Positions 28,595 through 38,570 of a DNA stretch of 64,000 nucleotides are shown in pieces (the first letter of the stretch is position 1; each line of letters starts with the position of its first letter). Where the stretch lies: contig CADAWR010000014.1 in the NCBI GenBank assembly GCA_902791695.1, positions 6,717 to 70,716 of the forward strand. The letters are read 5' to 3'. The DNA is from an uncultured Bacteroidota bacterium. Lineage in GTDB: Bacteria > Bacteroidota > Bacteroidia > Bacteroidales > P3. The notes beneath the pieces were generated by a model. That model was given only the letters and a program-made list of their open reading frames with translations. It ran no database searches and had not been told where the DNA came from. The position numbers and the translations under genes are program-made.

Positions 28595-30355
28595 ATGAAA
28601 CTCAACCGTATCATTGCAGCAGGCTTCCTAGGCATTGCCCTATTTGCGGCCAGCACCGCCGACGCCTGCACCAATTTCCTGTTCACCAAGGGTGCCACCA
28701 AGGACGGCAGCACCATGATTACCTATGCCGCCGACAGCCACACGCTCTACGGCGAGCTGTACTACCGCAAGGCTGCCTCCTACCCCGCCGGCACCATGTT
28801 CCAAGTCATCGACTGGGATAGCGGCAAACCCCTCATGATGATTCCCCAGGTGGCGCAGACCTACAGCGTCGTGGGCAACATGAACGAGCACCAGCTGGCC
28901 ATCGGCGAGACCACCTACGGCGGCCGCGAGGAGTTGGCCAACGAGATTGAAGGCGGCATCGACTACGGCTCGCTCATCTACCTCACCCTGCAGCGCGCCA
29001 AGAACGCCCGTGAGGCCATCCAGGTGCTCGCCGGCTTCATGAAGGACTACCCCTACCACAGCGAGGGCGAGAGCTTCAGCATCTGCGACCCCAACGAGGT
29101 GTGGATCCTCGAGCTCATCGGCAAACGCCCCAACACCGTCAAGCCCGAGCTTGCCAAGAAGCTCAAATACAAATACACCGACGGCGCCGTGTGGGTAGCC
29201 CGCCGTATCCCCGACGGCTACGTCAGCGGCCACGCCAACCAGGCCCGCATCACACAGTTCCCGCAGGAAGGCAAGAAATTCCAGAAAGCCAAAGGCAAAG
29301 GCCTCCACACCGTCATCAGCAGCAAGCACCTCGATTACCTCTTCGAGCCCGAGGTGGAATGCGTCTACAGCGATGAAGTCATCACCTACGCCCGCGCCTG
29401 CGGTTGGTACGACGGCAAGGACGAGGACTTCTCGTTCTGCGACACCTACGCCCCGCTGACCTTCAGCGGCATGCGCGGCTGCGACGCCCGTGTCTACGCC
29501 ATGTTCAACCGCGTGGCCAAAGGCATGCAGCGCTACGAGAAATACGCCATGGGCAATGCCAAGGCCGAGCGCCTGCCCCTCTGGATCAAACCAGACCATC
29601 AGGTCGACGTCCACGAGGTGATGAACCTCATGCGCGACCACTACGAAGGCACCTCGATGGACATGACCAAGGACCTTGGTGCAGGTCCCTTCAACTGCCC
29701 CTACCGCTGGCGTCCTATGGGCTTTGAGCTCGACGGTCACACCTACGTCCACGAGCGCGCCACAAGCACCCAGCAGACTGGCTTCTCGTTTGTGGCCCAG
29801 TGCCGCAGCTGGCTGCCCGCCAAGGTCGGCGGCATACTCTGGTTCGGCGTCGACGACACCTACAGCACCGTCTACTGCCCCATGTACTGCGGCATAACCG
29901 AAATCCCCGAGTGCTTCCGTCAGGGCAACGGCGACATGCTGACCTACAGCGAGACCGCCGCCTTCTGGCTCTTCAACCGCGTCACCAACTTCCTCTACAG
30001 CCGCTACAGCGACATGATTGTCGACGTGCAGAAAGTGCAGGAGAACCTTGAAATGAGCTTCATCAAAGACGTTGAGAAATTCGACAAGCGCGCCGCCCAG
30101 AGCGAAGGCGAGGCCCTCACCAAGCAACTCAACGACTTCAGCGGCCGCGCTGCCGGACGCATGATGAAGGAGTGGGACCGTCTGGACAAATACCTCCTCG
30201 TCAAGTACATGGACGGCAACATCAAGAAGGAGAAGGACGGCAAGTTCGAGCGCACCGCCACCGGCCAGGCCGCCTTCCCCAGCCAGCCCCACTACCGCAA
30301 GGAGTGGCAGCAGATGATTGTCAAGGACCACGGCGACATAATCCGCGAGAAATAA
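28595..30355 (+). CDS. C69 family dipeptidase, secreted
   Basis: Start at MKLNRIIAAGFLGIALFAASTADA|CTNFLF (N-terminal nucleophile Cys after signal cleavage). 586 aa. Confidence 0.88.
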   Translation: MKLNRIIAAGFLGIALFAASTADACTNFLFTKGATKDGSTMITYAADSHTLYGELYYRKAASYPAGTMFQVIDWDSGKPLMMIPQVAQTYSVVGNMNEHQLAIGETTYGGREELANEIEGGIDYGSLIYLTLQRAKNAREAIQVLAGFMKDYPYHSEGESFSICDPNEVWILELIGKRPNTVKPELAKKLKYKYTDGAVWVARRIPDGYVSGHANQARITQFPQEGKKFQKAKGKGLHTVISSKHLDYLFEPEVECVYSDEVITYARACGWYDGKDEDFSFCDTYAPLTFSGMRGCDARVYAMFNRVAKGMQRYEKYAMGNAKAERLPLWIKPDHQVDVHEVMNLMRDHYEGTSMDMTKDLGAGPFNCPYRWRPMGFELDGHTYVHERATSTQQTGFSFVAQCRSWLPAKVGGILWFGVDDTYSTVYCPMYCGITEIPECFRQGNGDMLTYSETAAFWLFNRVTNFLYSRYSDMIVDVQKVQENLEMSFIKDVEKFDKRAAQSEGEALTKQLNDFSGRAAGRMMKEWDRLDKYLLVKYMDGNIKKEKDGKFERTATGQAAFPSQPHYRKEWQQMIVKDHGDIIREK

Positions 30356-30384
30356 GCGGCAACGCCCTTATCATTCCCCATACA

Positions 30385-30413
30385 AGCCCCCCCGCAGCGG
30401 GGGCTTTTTTTTT
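30385..30413 (+). terminator. Intrinsic terminator after the dipeptidase gene
   Basis: agccccc-(loop)-gggggct followed by a run of 9 T. Confidence 0.8.
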
Positions 30414-30430
30414 GCCCCGCTGTGCCGGTG

Positions 30431-30546
30431 CCGCTCCGAGGGCGGTACGTACCCGCTCCGTCCGTTCTACGGTTGTTCACCGACTGTTTAACGGTTTAAA
30501 CCGTCGAACAACCGGTGAACAACCGGTGAACAGATGGAGCGGAGAC
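30431..30546. repeat. Intergenic palindromic element, copy B (full length, imperfect arms)
   Basis: ...cccgctccgtccgttctacggttgttcaccgactgtttaacggttt|aaaccgtcgaacaaccggtgaacaaccggtgaacagatggagcgg... Confidence 0.8.
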
Positions 30547-30610
30547 GAAGAGGCAACGGTGAGACAGCGGTTTACGTATAAAAAAATTTCGCTGTTTATA
30601 AAAAACTTTG

Positions 30611-30618
30611 TACCTTTG
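30611..30618 (+). promoter_or_regulatory. Candidate -7 box (TACCTTTG) for the ppiD-like gene
   Basis: TAnnTTTG about 100 nt upstream of the ATG at 30719. Confidence 0.4.
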
Positions 30619-30718
30619 CATTTTTGACGAGGAGCGCACAAAGCCCCCGAGAGGGCTAGTAACGCACTAACCGACAAAACAATAGATAATAATAAAACAA
30701 ATAAAAATAACTAACAAA

Positions 30719-32827
30719 ATGGGAATTATTGGATCTATTAGGAAGCATTCCGGCTGGGCCGTTGCCATAGTCGGTATTGCCATTCTGGCATTCATTCTGG
30801 GCGACCTGACGAAAAACAACGGCGGTATCCCCGACGTTGGCAAGGTGAACGGCGAGACGATGACCTCGCAGCGTTTCAACGAGATGGTTGCCGAGATGGA
30901 GAACAACTACAAGATGCAGCAGCAGACCACCCAGGTGCCCGCCGAGATGGAGCAACAGATTCGCGAGCAGGTGTGGCAGCAGTTTGTTGACGAGACCCTC
31001 ATGGAGGAGCAGACCGCCAAACTGGGCCTGCGCGTGAGCCCCGCCGAGGTGAACGACATGTTTACCGGCACGTTCATCCATCCCTATGTGCGCCAGAGCT
31101 TCACCGACCCGCAGACGGGCCAGTTCGACGTGCGCTACGTCAACCAGTTTATCGAGAACTTCGATCAGCTTGACACCACCCGCCGCATGCAGTGGGTCGA
31201 GTTGGAGAAATATGTGAAGACCGACCGCGAGCAGCAGAAGTACACCACGCTGATCAATGCCGGTTTCTACATGCCCAAGGCTCTTGCCGCCAAGGTGGCA
31301 GAGTACAGCAACACGGTGGCCAACGTGCGTGCCGTGGCACTGCCTTTCTCGTCGGTGACCGACGAGGAGGCTGCCATTGCCGACGCCGACTACCAGAATT
31401 ACTACAACAAGCACAAGGCCGAGTTCCGTGTGCGCGAGGAGCTGCGCGACCTGGAGTTCATCGCTTTCCCGGTGAATCCCACTCCGCAGGACCTTGCCGA
31501 CATACAGGAGCAGGTGAACAAGACCTGGGCTGAGTTCCAGACGGTGCCTGCCGACGAGGTGGCTTTCTTTGTGAACGCCGAGAGCGACCGCAGCTATGAC
31601 TCGACCTACAAACGCGCCAGCGAGTTCAAGGCCCCCTTCGACGAGCAGATTGCCGCCGCCAAGGAAGGCGATTTCCTGGCTCCCGTGCTGGCAGGCAACG
31701 AGTGGATGATGGCCAAGGTCATCAGCAGCGCCGTGCGCCCCGACTCGTTGCGCGCCTCGGTCATCTATATCCTCAACCAGAATGCCGGCGGCAACATCAT
31801 GCGCAGCGACGCCCAGGCCAAGAGCCTTGCCGACAGCGTGCTTGCCTTGCTGAACGGCAACAAGATGAGTTTCGAGCAGGCTGTGGAGCAGTACAGCGAC
31901 GACCCGCAGAAGGCTGAGACCAAGGGCGATATGAACTGGCAGCTCGACGGTGGCTACGGCTTCCTGAACGAGGAGCTGGTGAGCCGCGCCGTGGGCAGCT
32001 GCTTCATCTATGAGCATCCGCAGGGCGTGGGCTATTTTGTGGTGAAGGTTACCGACAAGACCCCCGCCGCCAAGAAGTACCGCGTGGCCCTCATCAGCCG
32101 CGAGATTGTGCCCTCGAACGCCACCAACCGTGCCGTGTACAACGAGGCCAACCGCTTCGCCGGCCAGAACCGCAACTATACCGACTTCAGCGCCGCCGCC
32201 CAGCAGGATAACATGCAGGTGCGCAGTGCCCGTGTGACCATGATGATGGACAACATGGCCGGCATCAACAACGCCCGCAGCATAGTGCAGTGGGCTTTCA
32301 ATGAGGACACCAAGGTGGGCGACGTGGCCGACCAGGTGTACGAGTGCGACGGCATGTTCGTGGTTGTGGCCCTGAAGGATGTCTTAAAGAAAGGCTATGC
32401 CACCCTGGAGCAGGTGCGCCCGATGATTGAGCAGCCTGTGCGCATCGAGAAAAAGGCCGAGGTGCTGCTGGCCCGCGCCAGCGAAGCCGTCAAGGCCGCC
32501 CAGGACATCAACTCGATAGCCATGAAGCTTAACGCCACCGTCGACACTATCGACAGCGTGTCGTTCAACGACTACTACCTGGCCCGCTACGGCATGGAGC
32601 CCAAGGTGCAAGCCGCCATCGCCGCCAGCAAGGGCGGTATGGTGGGTCCCGTGAAGGGCGCCAGCGGCGTGTACGTGGTGCAGGTGGACAGCAAGGCCCC
32701 CGCTACCATCGACGAGTCGATGGTGAAGATGCGCATGGAGCAGGGTTACCGCAGCAAGGCCCGCATGGCCTCGCAGGTGCTCCGCGACAAGGCCAAGATA
32801 GAAGACCAGCGCAACAAGTTCTTCTAA
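30719..32827 (+). CDS. Periplasmic chaperone PpiD-like (SurA N-terminal domain / peptidyl-prolyl isomerase family)
   Basis: MGIIGSIRKHSGWAVAIVGIAILAFILGD membrane-anchor N-terminus typical of PpiD. 702 aa. Confidence 0.85.
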   Translation: MGIIGSIRKHSGWAVAIVGIAILAFILGDLTKNNGGIPDVGKVNGETMTSQRFNEMVAEMENNYKMQQQTTQVPAEMEQQIREQVWQQFVDETLMEEQTAKLGLRVSPAEVNDMFTGTFIHPYVRQSFTDPQTGQFDVRYVNQFIENFDQLDTTRRMQWVELEKYVKTDREQQKYTTLINAGFYMPKALAAKVAEYSNTVANVRAVALPFSSVTDEEAAIADADYQNYYNKHKAEFRVREELRDLEFIAFPVNPTPQDLADIQEQVNKTWAEFQTVPADEVAFFVNAESDRSYDSTYKRASEFKAPFDEQIAAAKEGDFLAPVLAGNEWMMAKVISSAVRPDSLRASVIYILNQNAGGNIMRSDAQAKSLADSVLALLNGNKMSFEQAVEQYSDDPQKAETKGDMNWQLDGGYGFLNEELVSRAVGSCFIYEHPQGVGYFVVKVTDKTPAAKKYRVALISREIVPSNATNRAVYNEANRFAGQNRNYTDFSAAAQQDNMQVRSARVTMMMDNMAGINNARSIVQWAFNEDTKVGDVADQVYECDGMFVVVALKDVLKKGYATLEQVRPMIEQPVRIEKKAEVLLARASEAVKAAQDINSIAMKLNATVDTIDSVSFNDYYLARYGMEPKVQAAIAASKGGMVGPVKGASGVYVVQVDSKAPATIDESMVKMRMEQGYRSKARMASQVLRDKAKIEDQRNKFF

Positions 32828-32847
32828 GATTAGGTGACAAAGTAACT

Positions 32848-32897
32848 GAGTGGCTGAGTGACTGAAAGGGAGAATAAATCCGGTTGCTCAGCCACTC
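32848..32897 (+). terminator. Hairpin with 11-bp stem and large loop between the ppiD-like and M23 genes (weak terminator candidate)
   Basis: gagtggctgag-(28 nt)-ctcagccactc. No clear U-tract. Confidence 0.3.
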
Positions 32898-32931
32898 GGT
32901 CGCTTAGTCAGTCAACGACTTAATATAAGAC

Positions 32932-33849
32932 ATGGGCATCAAGGACTGGTGGCTGAAAATTAAGAACTCGCAGGTCAGCGACGTCATCAAGCACAAGCAT
33001 CGCTTTGTGGTGATGGACACCGATACCTTCAAGGAGAAGTTCTCCTTCCAGTTGTCGGGCATCAACCTGTTTGTCACCGTGGGCATCACGGTGATAGTTC
33101 TCATTGTGCTCACCACAGTGCTCATAGCCTTCACACCGCTGCGCGAATACATACCGGGCTACACAGACACGGAGATGATAGAGCAGACCTACGCCAACGC
33201 CAAGAAGATAGACTCGCTGGAGCACGCCGTGGCCGACCAAGAGTGGGTGCTGGCCACAATGCAGGCACTGATGCGCGGCGAGGCACTCGGAGCCCAGGCC
33301 GACAGCATGATGGCCGACAGCACGTCGACGTTGGCTGTGGTGGCGGGCGCATACCGGCGCTCACGCGAGGACAGCCTGCTGCGCCTCGAGGTGGAAAGCG
33401 AGGACAGCCGCTACCAGGTGAAAGACGCTGTGAGACAAGCGGCAGGTACAGCCACCGCCGTCGACATGCAGCCCACGGTGACGCATCTCTTCTTCGCCCC
33501 CGTGAAAGGCAACATTGTCAGGCCCTACAGCAACGCCATGCGGCATTATGGCGTTGACATTGCCGCCGCCAGCGAGAGCCCCGTCAACGCTGCCTACAGC
33601 GGCACGGTGGTCTCGGCAGGCTTCACCGCCGAAGACGGCCACGTGATAGCCCTGCAGCATCCCGCAGGTGTCATCACCGTTTACCGCAACAACAGCGCCC
33701 TGCTCAAGCATCAGGGCGACGCGGTGCGCGCCGGCGAACCCATAGCATTCGTGGGCACCGGCACCACAACAGAGCTGGGGCCACATCTGCACCTTGAGGT
33801 ATGGGTTAACGGAACGCCTGTAAATCCAGAAGAGTATATTTCATTTTAA
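32932..33849 (+). CDS. M23 family metallopeptidase (membrane anchored)
   Basis: TM helix near the N-terminus. HYGVDIAA...GPHLHLEVWVNGTPVNP LytM-type motifs. Confidence 0.85.
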   Translation: MGIKDWWLKIKNSQVSDVIKHKHRFVVMDTDTFKEKFSFQLSGINLFVTVGITVIVLIVLTTVLIAFTPLREYIPGYTDTEMIEQTYANAKKIDSLEHAVADQEWVLATMQALMRGEALGAQADSMMADSTSTLAVVAGAYRRSREDSLLRLEVESEDSRYQVKDAVRQAAGTATAVDMQPTVTHLFFAPVKGNIVRPYSNAMRHYGVDIAAASESPVNAAYSGTVVSAGFTAEDGHVIALQHPAGVITVYRNNSALLKHQGDAVRAGEPIAFVGTGTTTELGPHLHLEVWVNGTPVNPEEYISF

Positions 33850-33854
33850 ATAAA

Positions 33855-34982
33855 ATGAAGAGAATAGCCATACTCGGTTCCACCGGCTCGATAGGCACAC
33901 AGGCGCTTAATGTCATACGGCGTCACCGCGACCTTTTCTGCGCCGAGGTGCTGTGCGCAGGCAGCAACGCCGACCTGCTGATAGCGCAGGCGCGTGAATT
34001 CGAGCCCAACGCTGTAGCCATTGCCGACGAGAGTCGCTACGAGCAGGTGCGCGACGCACTGGGCGACACCGACATCAAGGTGTATGCCGGCACCGACGCC
34101 ATCGTCAGTCTCATGGAGATGGAGAGCATCGACATGGTGCTGGCGGCCATAGTGGGCGTGGCGGGCCTGAGGCCTACGCTGCATGCCATAGAGCACGGCA
34201 AACCTATCGCCCTGGCCAACAAAGAAACCATGGTGGTGGCCGGAGCCATTGTCACCGAAGCTGCACGACGCCACCGCGTGCCGATACTGCCCGTGGACAG
34301 CGAGCATTCGGCCATATTCCAGTGCATTGTCGGTGAGGTGAGCCCCGTGGAGAAGATACTGCTCACCGCCAGTGGCGGTCCTTTCCGCTGCAAAAAGCGC
34401 GACGAGCTGGCCACGGTGACGCTAGAGCAAGCCCTGAAGCACCCCAACTGGAGCATGGGGCGCAAAGTGACTATAGACAGCGCGACGCTGATGAACAAAG
34501 GTCTCGAAGTCATTGAGGCCAAGTGGCTCTTCGGCGTCGACGCCAAAGACATAGTGGTACATGTGCACCCGCAATCGGTGGTGCACTCCATGGTGCAGTT
34601 CGCCGACGGCAGCGTGAAGGCGCAGCTCGGCATTCCCACCATGGAGACTCCGATACAGTACGCCTTTAGCTTCCCCGAGCGCATAGAGAGCTTCCTGCCA
34701 CGCCTCGACCTCTTCAGCCAGCATACGCTGACATTCGAGCGACCCGACACGGAGACCTTCCGCTGCCTTTCGCTCGCATACAAAGCCATAGAACGCGGCG
34801 GCAACATGCCCTGCGTGATGAACGCCGCCAACGAGGTAGCCGTGCAGCAGTTCCTCGACGGCCGTATTGGCTTCCTTGACATTGCCGACCATGTGGAACG
34901 CGCCATGCAGGAGGCACATTACATTGCAAATCCGACATTAGACGACTTGATAGAAACTGACAAAACCGTAAGACAAAAATGA
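33855..34982 (+). CDS. dxr: 1-deoxy-D-xylulose 5-phosphate reductoisomerase
   Basis: ILGSTGSIGTQAL, LANKE, DSEHSAIFQ and NKGLEVIEA motifs. Confidence 0.95.
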   Translation: MKRIAILGSTGSIGTQALNVIRRHRDLFCAEVLCAGSNADLLIAQAREFEPNAVAIADESRYEQVRDALGDTDIKVYAGTDAIVSLMEMESIDMVLAAIVGVAGLRPTLHAIEHGKPIALANKETMVVAGAIVTEAARRHRVPILPVDSEHSAIFQCIVGEVSPVEKILLTASGGPFRCKKRDELATVTLEQALKHPNWSMGRKVTIDSATLMNKGLEVIEAKWLFGVDAKDIVVHVHPQSVVHSMVQFADGSVKAQLGIPTMETPIQYAFSFPERIESFLPRLDLFSQHTLTFERPDTETFRCLSLAYKAIERGGNMPCVMNAANEVAVQQFLDGRIGFLDIADHVERAMQEAHYIANPTLDDLIETDKTVRQK

Positions 34983-36379
34983 ACTGGTTAGCACTTATAC
35001 TGAGCCTCACGCTGCTCGTTGCCACGCATGAGCTAGGGCACCTGCTGTTCGCCAAACTGTTCCACACGCGCGTGCGCCGGTATTACATATTCTTCAACCC
35101 CTACTTCTCCATCATCAAAGCCAAGAAGTTCGGCGGCAAGTGGCACTTCCTGTTCTTCAACAGCAAGACCCCCGACAGCTGGGATGAAAAGAACCTTGCC
35201 CCAGAAGACCAGGACAACACCTTGTGGGGCCTCGGCTGGGTGCCGCTGGGCGGTTATTGCGACATAGCCGGAATGGTTGATGAGACAAAGAGTGCAGACG
35301 ACCTCGAGGCAGAACCGCAACCTTGGGAGTACCGCACCAAACCAGCATGGCAGCGCCTGCTCATCATCAGTGGCGGCGTGTTGGTAAACTTCATCTCTGC
35401 ACTACTTATCTACGGCATGATGTTCGCCCATTGGGGCAAGGACGAGCTGCCGCTGCGCGCCGCCACATTGGGCTATGACTACCATGAGGTGATGCTCGAC
35501 GAAGGCTTCCAGAACGGCGACATCATCTACGCCATAGACGACAAAGACTGCTACGAGTTCACCGACGCCACCAGCGCCCTGCTTCTCGACAACCCAAAGA
35601 GTGTCACCGTGCTGCGCGGCGATTCGCTGGTGGAACTCACCATGAGCGGCCACCTGCTGGAGAAGGTCAACAATATGGGTGCCAAACAACTGATGGGTTA
35701 CCGCATCCCCTTTGTGGTACGCAGCGTGGTGGATGGCGGCAACGCCGACAAGGCAGGCCTGATGGCCGGCGACAGCATCGTCAGTGTCAACGACAGCATG
35801 CTGACCGCCTTCTCCGACATCACAGCGGCACTGGGTAAACACACCGACGACACAGTGAGCATAGGTTTCTACCGCGGCGGTGAGCTTATGGCGCTACCCG
35901 TAGCCGTCAATGACGCCGGAAAGATTGGCGTGCAGGCCGAGACCAACATTGCACGCCTTTTCAGTGGCTACCGCCATGTGGACTACACCTTCTTCGAAGC
36001 AATCCCAGCCGGCATCAGCCACGGATGGGAGACCCTCACCACCTACATCTCCTCGCTCAAGGTGCTTTTCTCGCCCGGCGGTACAAAGCAACTCGGCGGC
36101 TTCAAGGCCATGGCCGACCTCTTCCCCGACCATTGGGTGTGGCAGGCCTTCTGGGAGCTCACCGCCCTGCTGGCACTGGTGCTGGCCTTCATGAACATCA
36201 TACCCATCCCTGGCCTTGACGGCGGACATATACTCTTCACCCTGTGGGAGATTGTAACACGCCGCAAACCCTCCGACAAATTCCTCACCGTTGCTCAGAA
36301 TGTCGGCATGTTCCTACTGCTGGCACTTATGATTCTGGCCAACGGCAACGACATACTACGCTGGTTAGGCCTTATGTGA
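34979..36379 (+). CDS. rseP: RIP metalloprotease RseP (site-2 protease)
   Basis: HELGH motif, a PDZ region and the C-terminal NIIPIPGLDGGH. Confidence 0.9.
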   Translation: MNWLALILSLTLLVATHELGHLLFAKLFHTRVRRYYIFFNPYFSIIKAKKFGGKWHFLFFNSKTPDSWDEKNLAPEDQDNTLWGLGWVPLGGYCDIAGMVDETKSADDLEAEPQPWEYRTKPAWQRLLIISGGVLVNFISALLIYGMMFAHWGKDELPLRAATLGYDYHEVMLDEGFQNGDIIYAIDDKDCYEFTDATSALLLDNPKSVTVLRGDSLVELTMSGHLLEKVNNMGAKQLMGYRIPFVVRSVVDGGNADKAGLMAGDSIVSVNDSMLTAFSDITAALGKHTDDTVSIGFYRGGELMALPVAVNDAGKIGVQAETNIARLFSGYRHVDYTFFEAIPAGISHGWETLTTYISSLKVLFSPGGTKQLGGFKAMADLFPDHWVWQAFWELTALLALVLAFMNIIPIPGLDGGHILFTLWEIVTRRKPSDKFLTVAQNVGMFLLLALMILANGNDILRWLGLM

Positions 36380-37800
36380 TGAAGAAACTCGACCGGCTCA
36401 TACTACGCTCATTCCTCGGCCCACTGGCGCTCACCTTCACGCTGTCGGTCTTCGTGCTTCTGATGCAGTTCGTATGGAAGTACATCGACGACATGGTGGG
36501 CAAGGGTCTCGAATTTAGCGTCATTGCCGAGCTGCTGCTCTATGCCTCCGCCACCTTTGTGCCCATGGCATTGCCCATAGCGGTGCTCTTCGCCTCCATA
36601 ATGACTATGGGCAACTTCGGCGAGAAATACGAGCTGGTGGCCATGAAGGCCGGCGGCGTCAGCGTCAGCCGCGTCATGCTGCCCATGACCATCGTCGTGA
36701 TGCTGCTCACCGGAGTAGCCTTCTATTTCGCCAACAATGTGATGCCGGAGGCCATGGTCAGCTACCGCAAGACCCTCTACGACGTCACCCGCAAGAAGCC
36801 TGCCATCAACATACGCCCCGGCGAATACTACAAGGACATCGAAGGCTACGTCATACGCATCGGCAGCAAGTCGCAGGACGGCCGCACCCTTGAGGATGTA
36901 ATCATCTACGACCACACCAAGGGCAACTCCGAGACCGCCGTCATCGTGGCCAAGCGCGGCACCATGCAGTCCACCATCGACAACCGATACCTCATCTTCT
37001 CGCTCGACGATGGTTACACCTACACCGAATCCGCTACCGGCGAACACCGCGACACGCGCCCCATGACCTCGGTGAGCTTCAGCCACCAGACCCTCTCCTT
37101 CGACATCTCCTCCTTCGCCTACAACAAGAGCGGCGAAGACCTCTTCAAGGGCAGCTACCAGACCCTCAACGTTGCCGAACTGGGCATAGCCATCGACTCG
37201 CTGGAGCACAACCTCGAGCAGCGCCGCGACGCTTATCGCCGCGACGCCGAAATCAACATGCGCACCTGGCACCGCTACCTGGCCGAAAGCCCAAAGCAAC
37301 ACCACGTCGAGGCTTTCAACCTCCATACCCGCATCGATACCCTCGACGCCGATACCCGCACCAAGGTATTAAACCGCGCACGTTATGTGGCAACCACCGC
37401 ACGCACCGACAGCCGGAACTACGGCGAGACACTCTATTCCGAACGCGAATACATGAACCGTCACGAGATCGAACGCCAGCGCAAATTCACCCTCTCCATA
37501 GCCTGCTTGCTCCTCTTCCTCATCGGCGCCCCCTTCGGCTCCATCGTGCGCAAGGGCGGTCTCGGACTGCCGCTGGTGGCATCGGTGGGCTTCTTCGTAC
37601 TCTACTACGTCGTGGGCATGATTGCCGAGAAATCGGTGCGCGAATCCGTCATGGGTCCCGAAGGCATGTGGGTATCATCCTTCGTCATGCTGCCCATAGG
37701 CCTCTTCCTCACCCTCCAGGCCACCACCGACTCGTCGCTCTTCGACGGCGCGACATGGAAAAAACAATTCAGGCGAATCTTCAAGCCAAAGCATATATGA
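36379..37800 (+). CDS. LptF/LptG family permease
   Basis: Start at MKKLDRLILRSFLGPLALTF (ATG overlaps the rseP stop). YjgP/YjgQ-type topology. Confidence 0.85.
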   Translation: MKKLDRLILRSFLGPLALTFTLSVFVLLMQFVWKYIDDMVGKGLEFSVIAELLLYASATFVPMALPIAVLFASIMTMGNFGEKYELVAMKAGGVSVSRVMLPMTIVVMLLTGVAFYFANNVMPEAMVSYRKTLYDVTRKKPAINIRPGEYYKDIEGYVIRIGSKSQDGRTLEDVIIYDHTKGNSETAVIVAKRGTMQSTIDNRYLIFSLDDGYTYTESATGEHRDTRPMTSVSFSHQTLSFDISSFAYNKSGEDLFKGSYQTLNVAELGIAIDSLEHNLEQRRDAYRRDAEINMRTWHRYLAESPKQHHVEAFNLHTRIDTLDADTRTKVLNRARYVATTARTDSRNYGETLYSEREYMNRHEIERQRKFTLSIACLLLFLIGAPFGSIVRKGGLGLPLVASVGFFVLYYVVGMIAEKSVRESVMGPEGMWVSSFVMLPIGLFLTLQATTDSSLFDGATWKKQFRRIFKPKHI

Positions 37801-38570
37801 AAGAGATACATGATTTCCGCATAGCGGAACGCCAACAGCTGGGCGACCAATACTTCCGTCTGGTGCTTAAGCACGACGGCACGATGCAGCCCGTCGTCCC
37901 CGGCCAGTTCGTCGAGGTGCTCGTCGAGGGCTCGCGCGACGTCATGCTGCGCCGCCCCATATCGGTGCACGACGTCAGCGACAGCACGCTGACCCTCCTC
38001 ATCCAGATTGTCGGCAACGGCACCCGCCGTCTTGCCGAGCTCTCCGTCGGCAACCGCCTCAACGTCGTCTACCCCCTCGGCCACGGCTTCACCACCGCCC
38101 TGCCCTCAGGCAGCAAAGCCCTCCTCGTGGGCGGCGGTGCCGGCACAGCACCCCTGCTGCACCTGAGCAAGGTGCTCAAGGCAAGCGGCGTGCATTGCAC
38201 CATACTCCTCGGCGGCCGCACCGCCAGCCTCATCCCCGTGCAGGACGACTTCCGCCCCTACGGCGACCTGCTGCTGGCCACCGACGACGGCTCCCTCGGC
38301 CACCACGGCATCGTCACCACGCACCCAGCCTTCGCCAACGCCTACGACATGATATACACCTGCGGCCCCACGCCCATGATGAAGGCCGTGGCCCGCAGCG
38401 CCGCCCAGCGCGGCATACGCTGCGAGGTGAGCCTCGAGAACATGATGGCCTGCGGCGTAGGCGCCTGCCTCTGCTGCGTCACCGACACCGACCAGGGCCA
38501 CCGCTGCGTCTGCAAAGACGGCCCCGTGTTCGACATAAGTACAATGCATAAATGGTTCGAGCAATGTTAG
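37797..38570 (+). CDS. pyrK: Dihydroorotate dehydrogenase electron-transfer subunit
   Basis: Start at MKEIHDFRI (ATGA overlap). FAD/NAD-binding RRPISV and a C-terminal 2Fe-2S motif [11 protein letters not shown]. Confidence 0.85.
   Translation: MKEIHDFRIAERQQLGDQYFRLVLKHDGTMQPVVPGQFVEVLVEGSRDVMLRRPISVHDVSDSTLTLLIQIVGNGTRRLAELSVGNRLNVVYPLGHGFTTALPSGSKALLVGGGAGTAPLLHLSKVLKASGVHCTILLGGRTASLIPVQDDFRPYGDLLLATDDGSLGHHGIVTTHPAFANAYDMIYTCGPTPMMKAVARSAAQRGIRCEVSLENMMACGVGACLCCVTDTDQGHRCVCKDGPVFDISTMHKWFEQC

Noticed and set aside
28640-30331. 563-aa minus-strand ORF opposite the C69 dipeptidase. Similar cases occur at 14819-16093, 30656-32017, 36409-37326, 38567-40287, 43993-45231, 46663-47637 and 54228-54851.
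   Set aside because: All are mirror frames of strongly recognisable plus-strand genes (eno, ppiD-like, lptF/G, pyrD, metG and others). Their translations are monotonous and Ala/Gly/Val/His/Leu-rich. I treated them as artefacts of high GC content.
36244-36378. N-terminal extensions of track ORFs: 36244 (lptF/G), 37668 (pyrK), 53092 (tatD), 54934 (ybaK), 55628 (UDG-like), 28514 (dipeptidase), 385-2580 (BspA-like), 59300-59686, 59551-60237
   Set aside because: The extensions overlap the preceding gene and are Arg/Pro-rich nonsense. In each case an internal ATG gives a canonical N-terminus or signal peptide, often with a 1- or 4-nt stop/start overlap.
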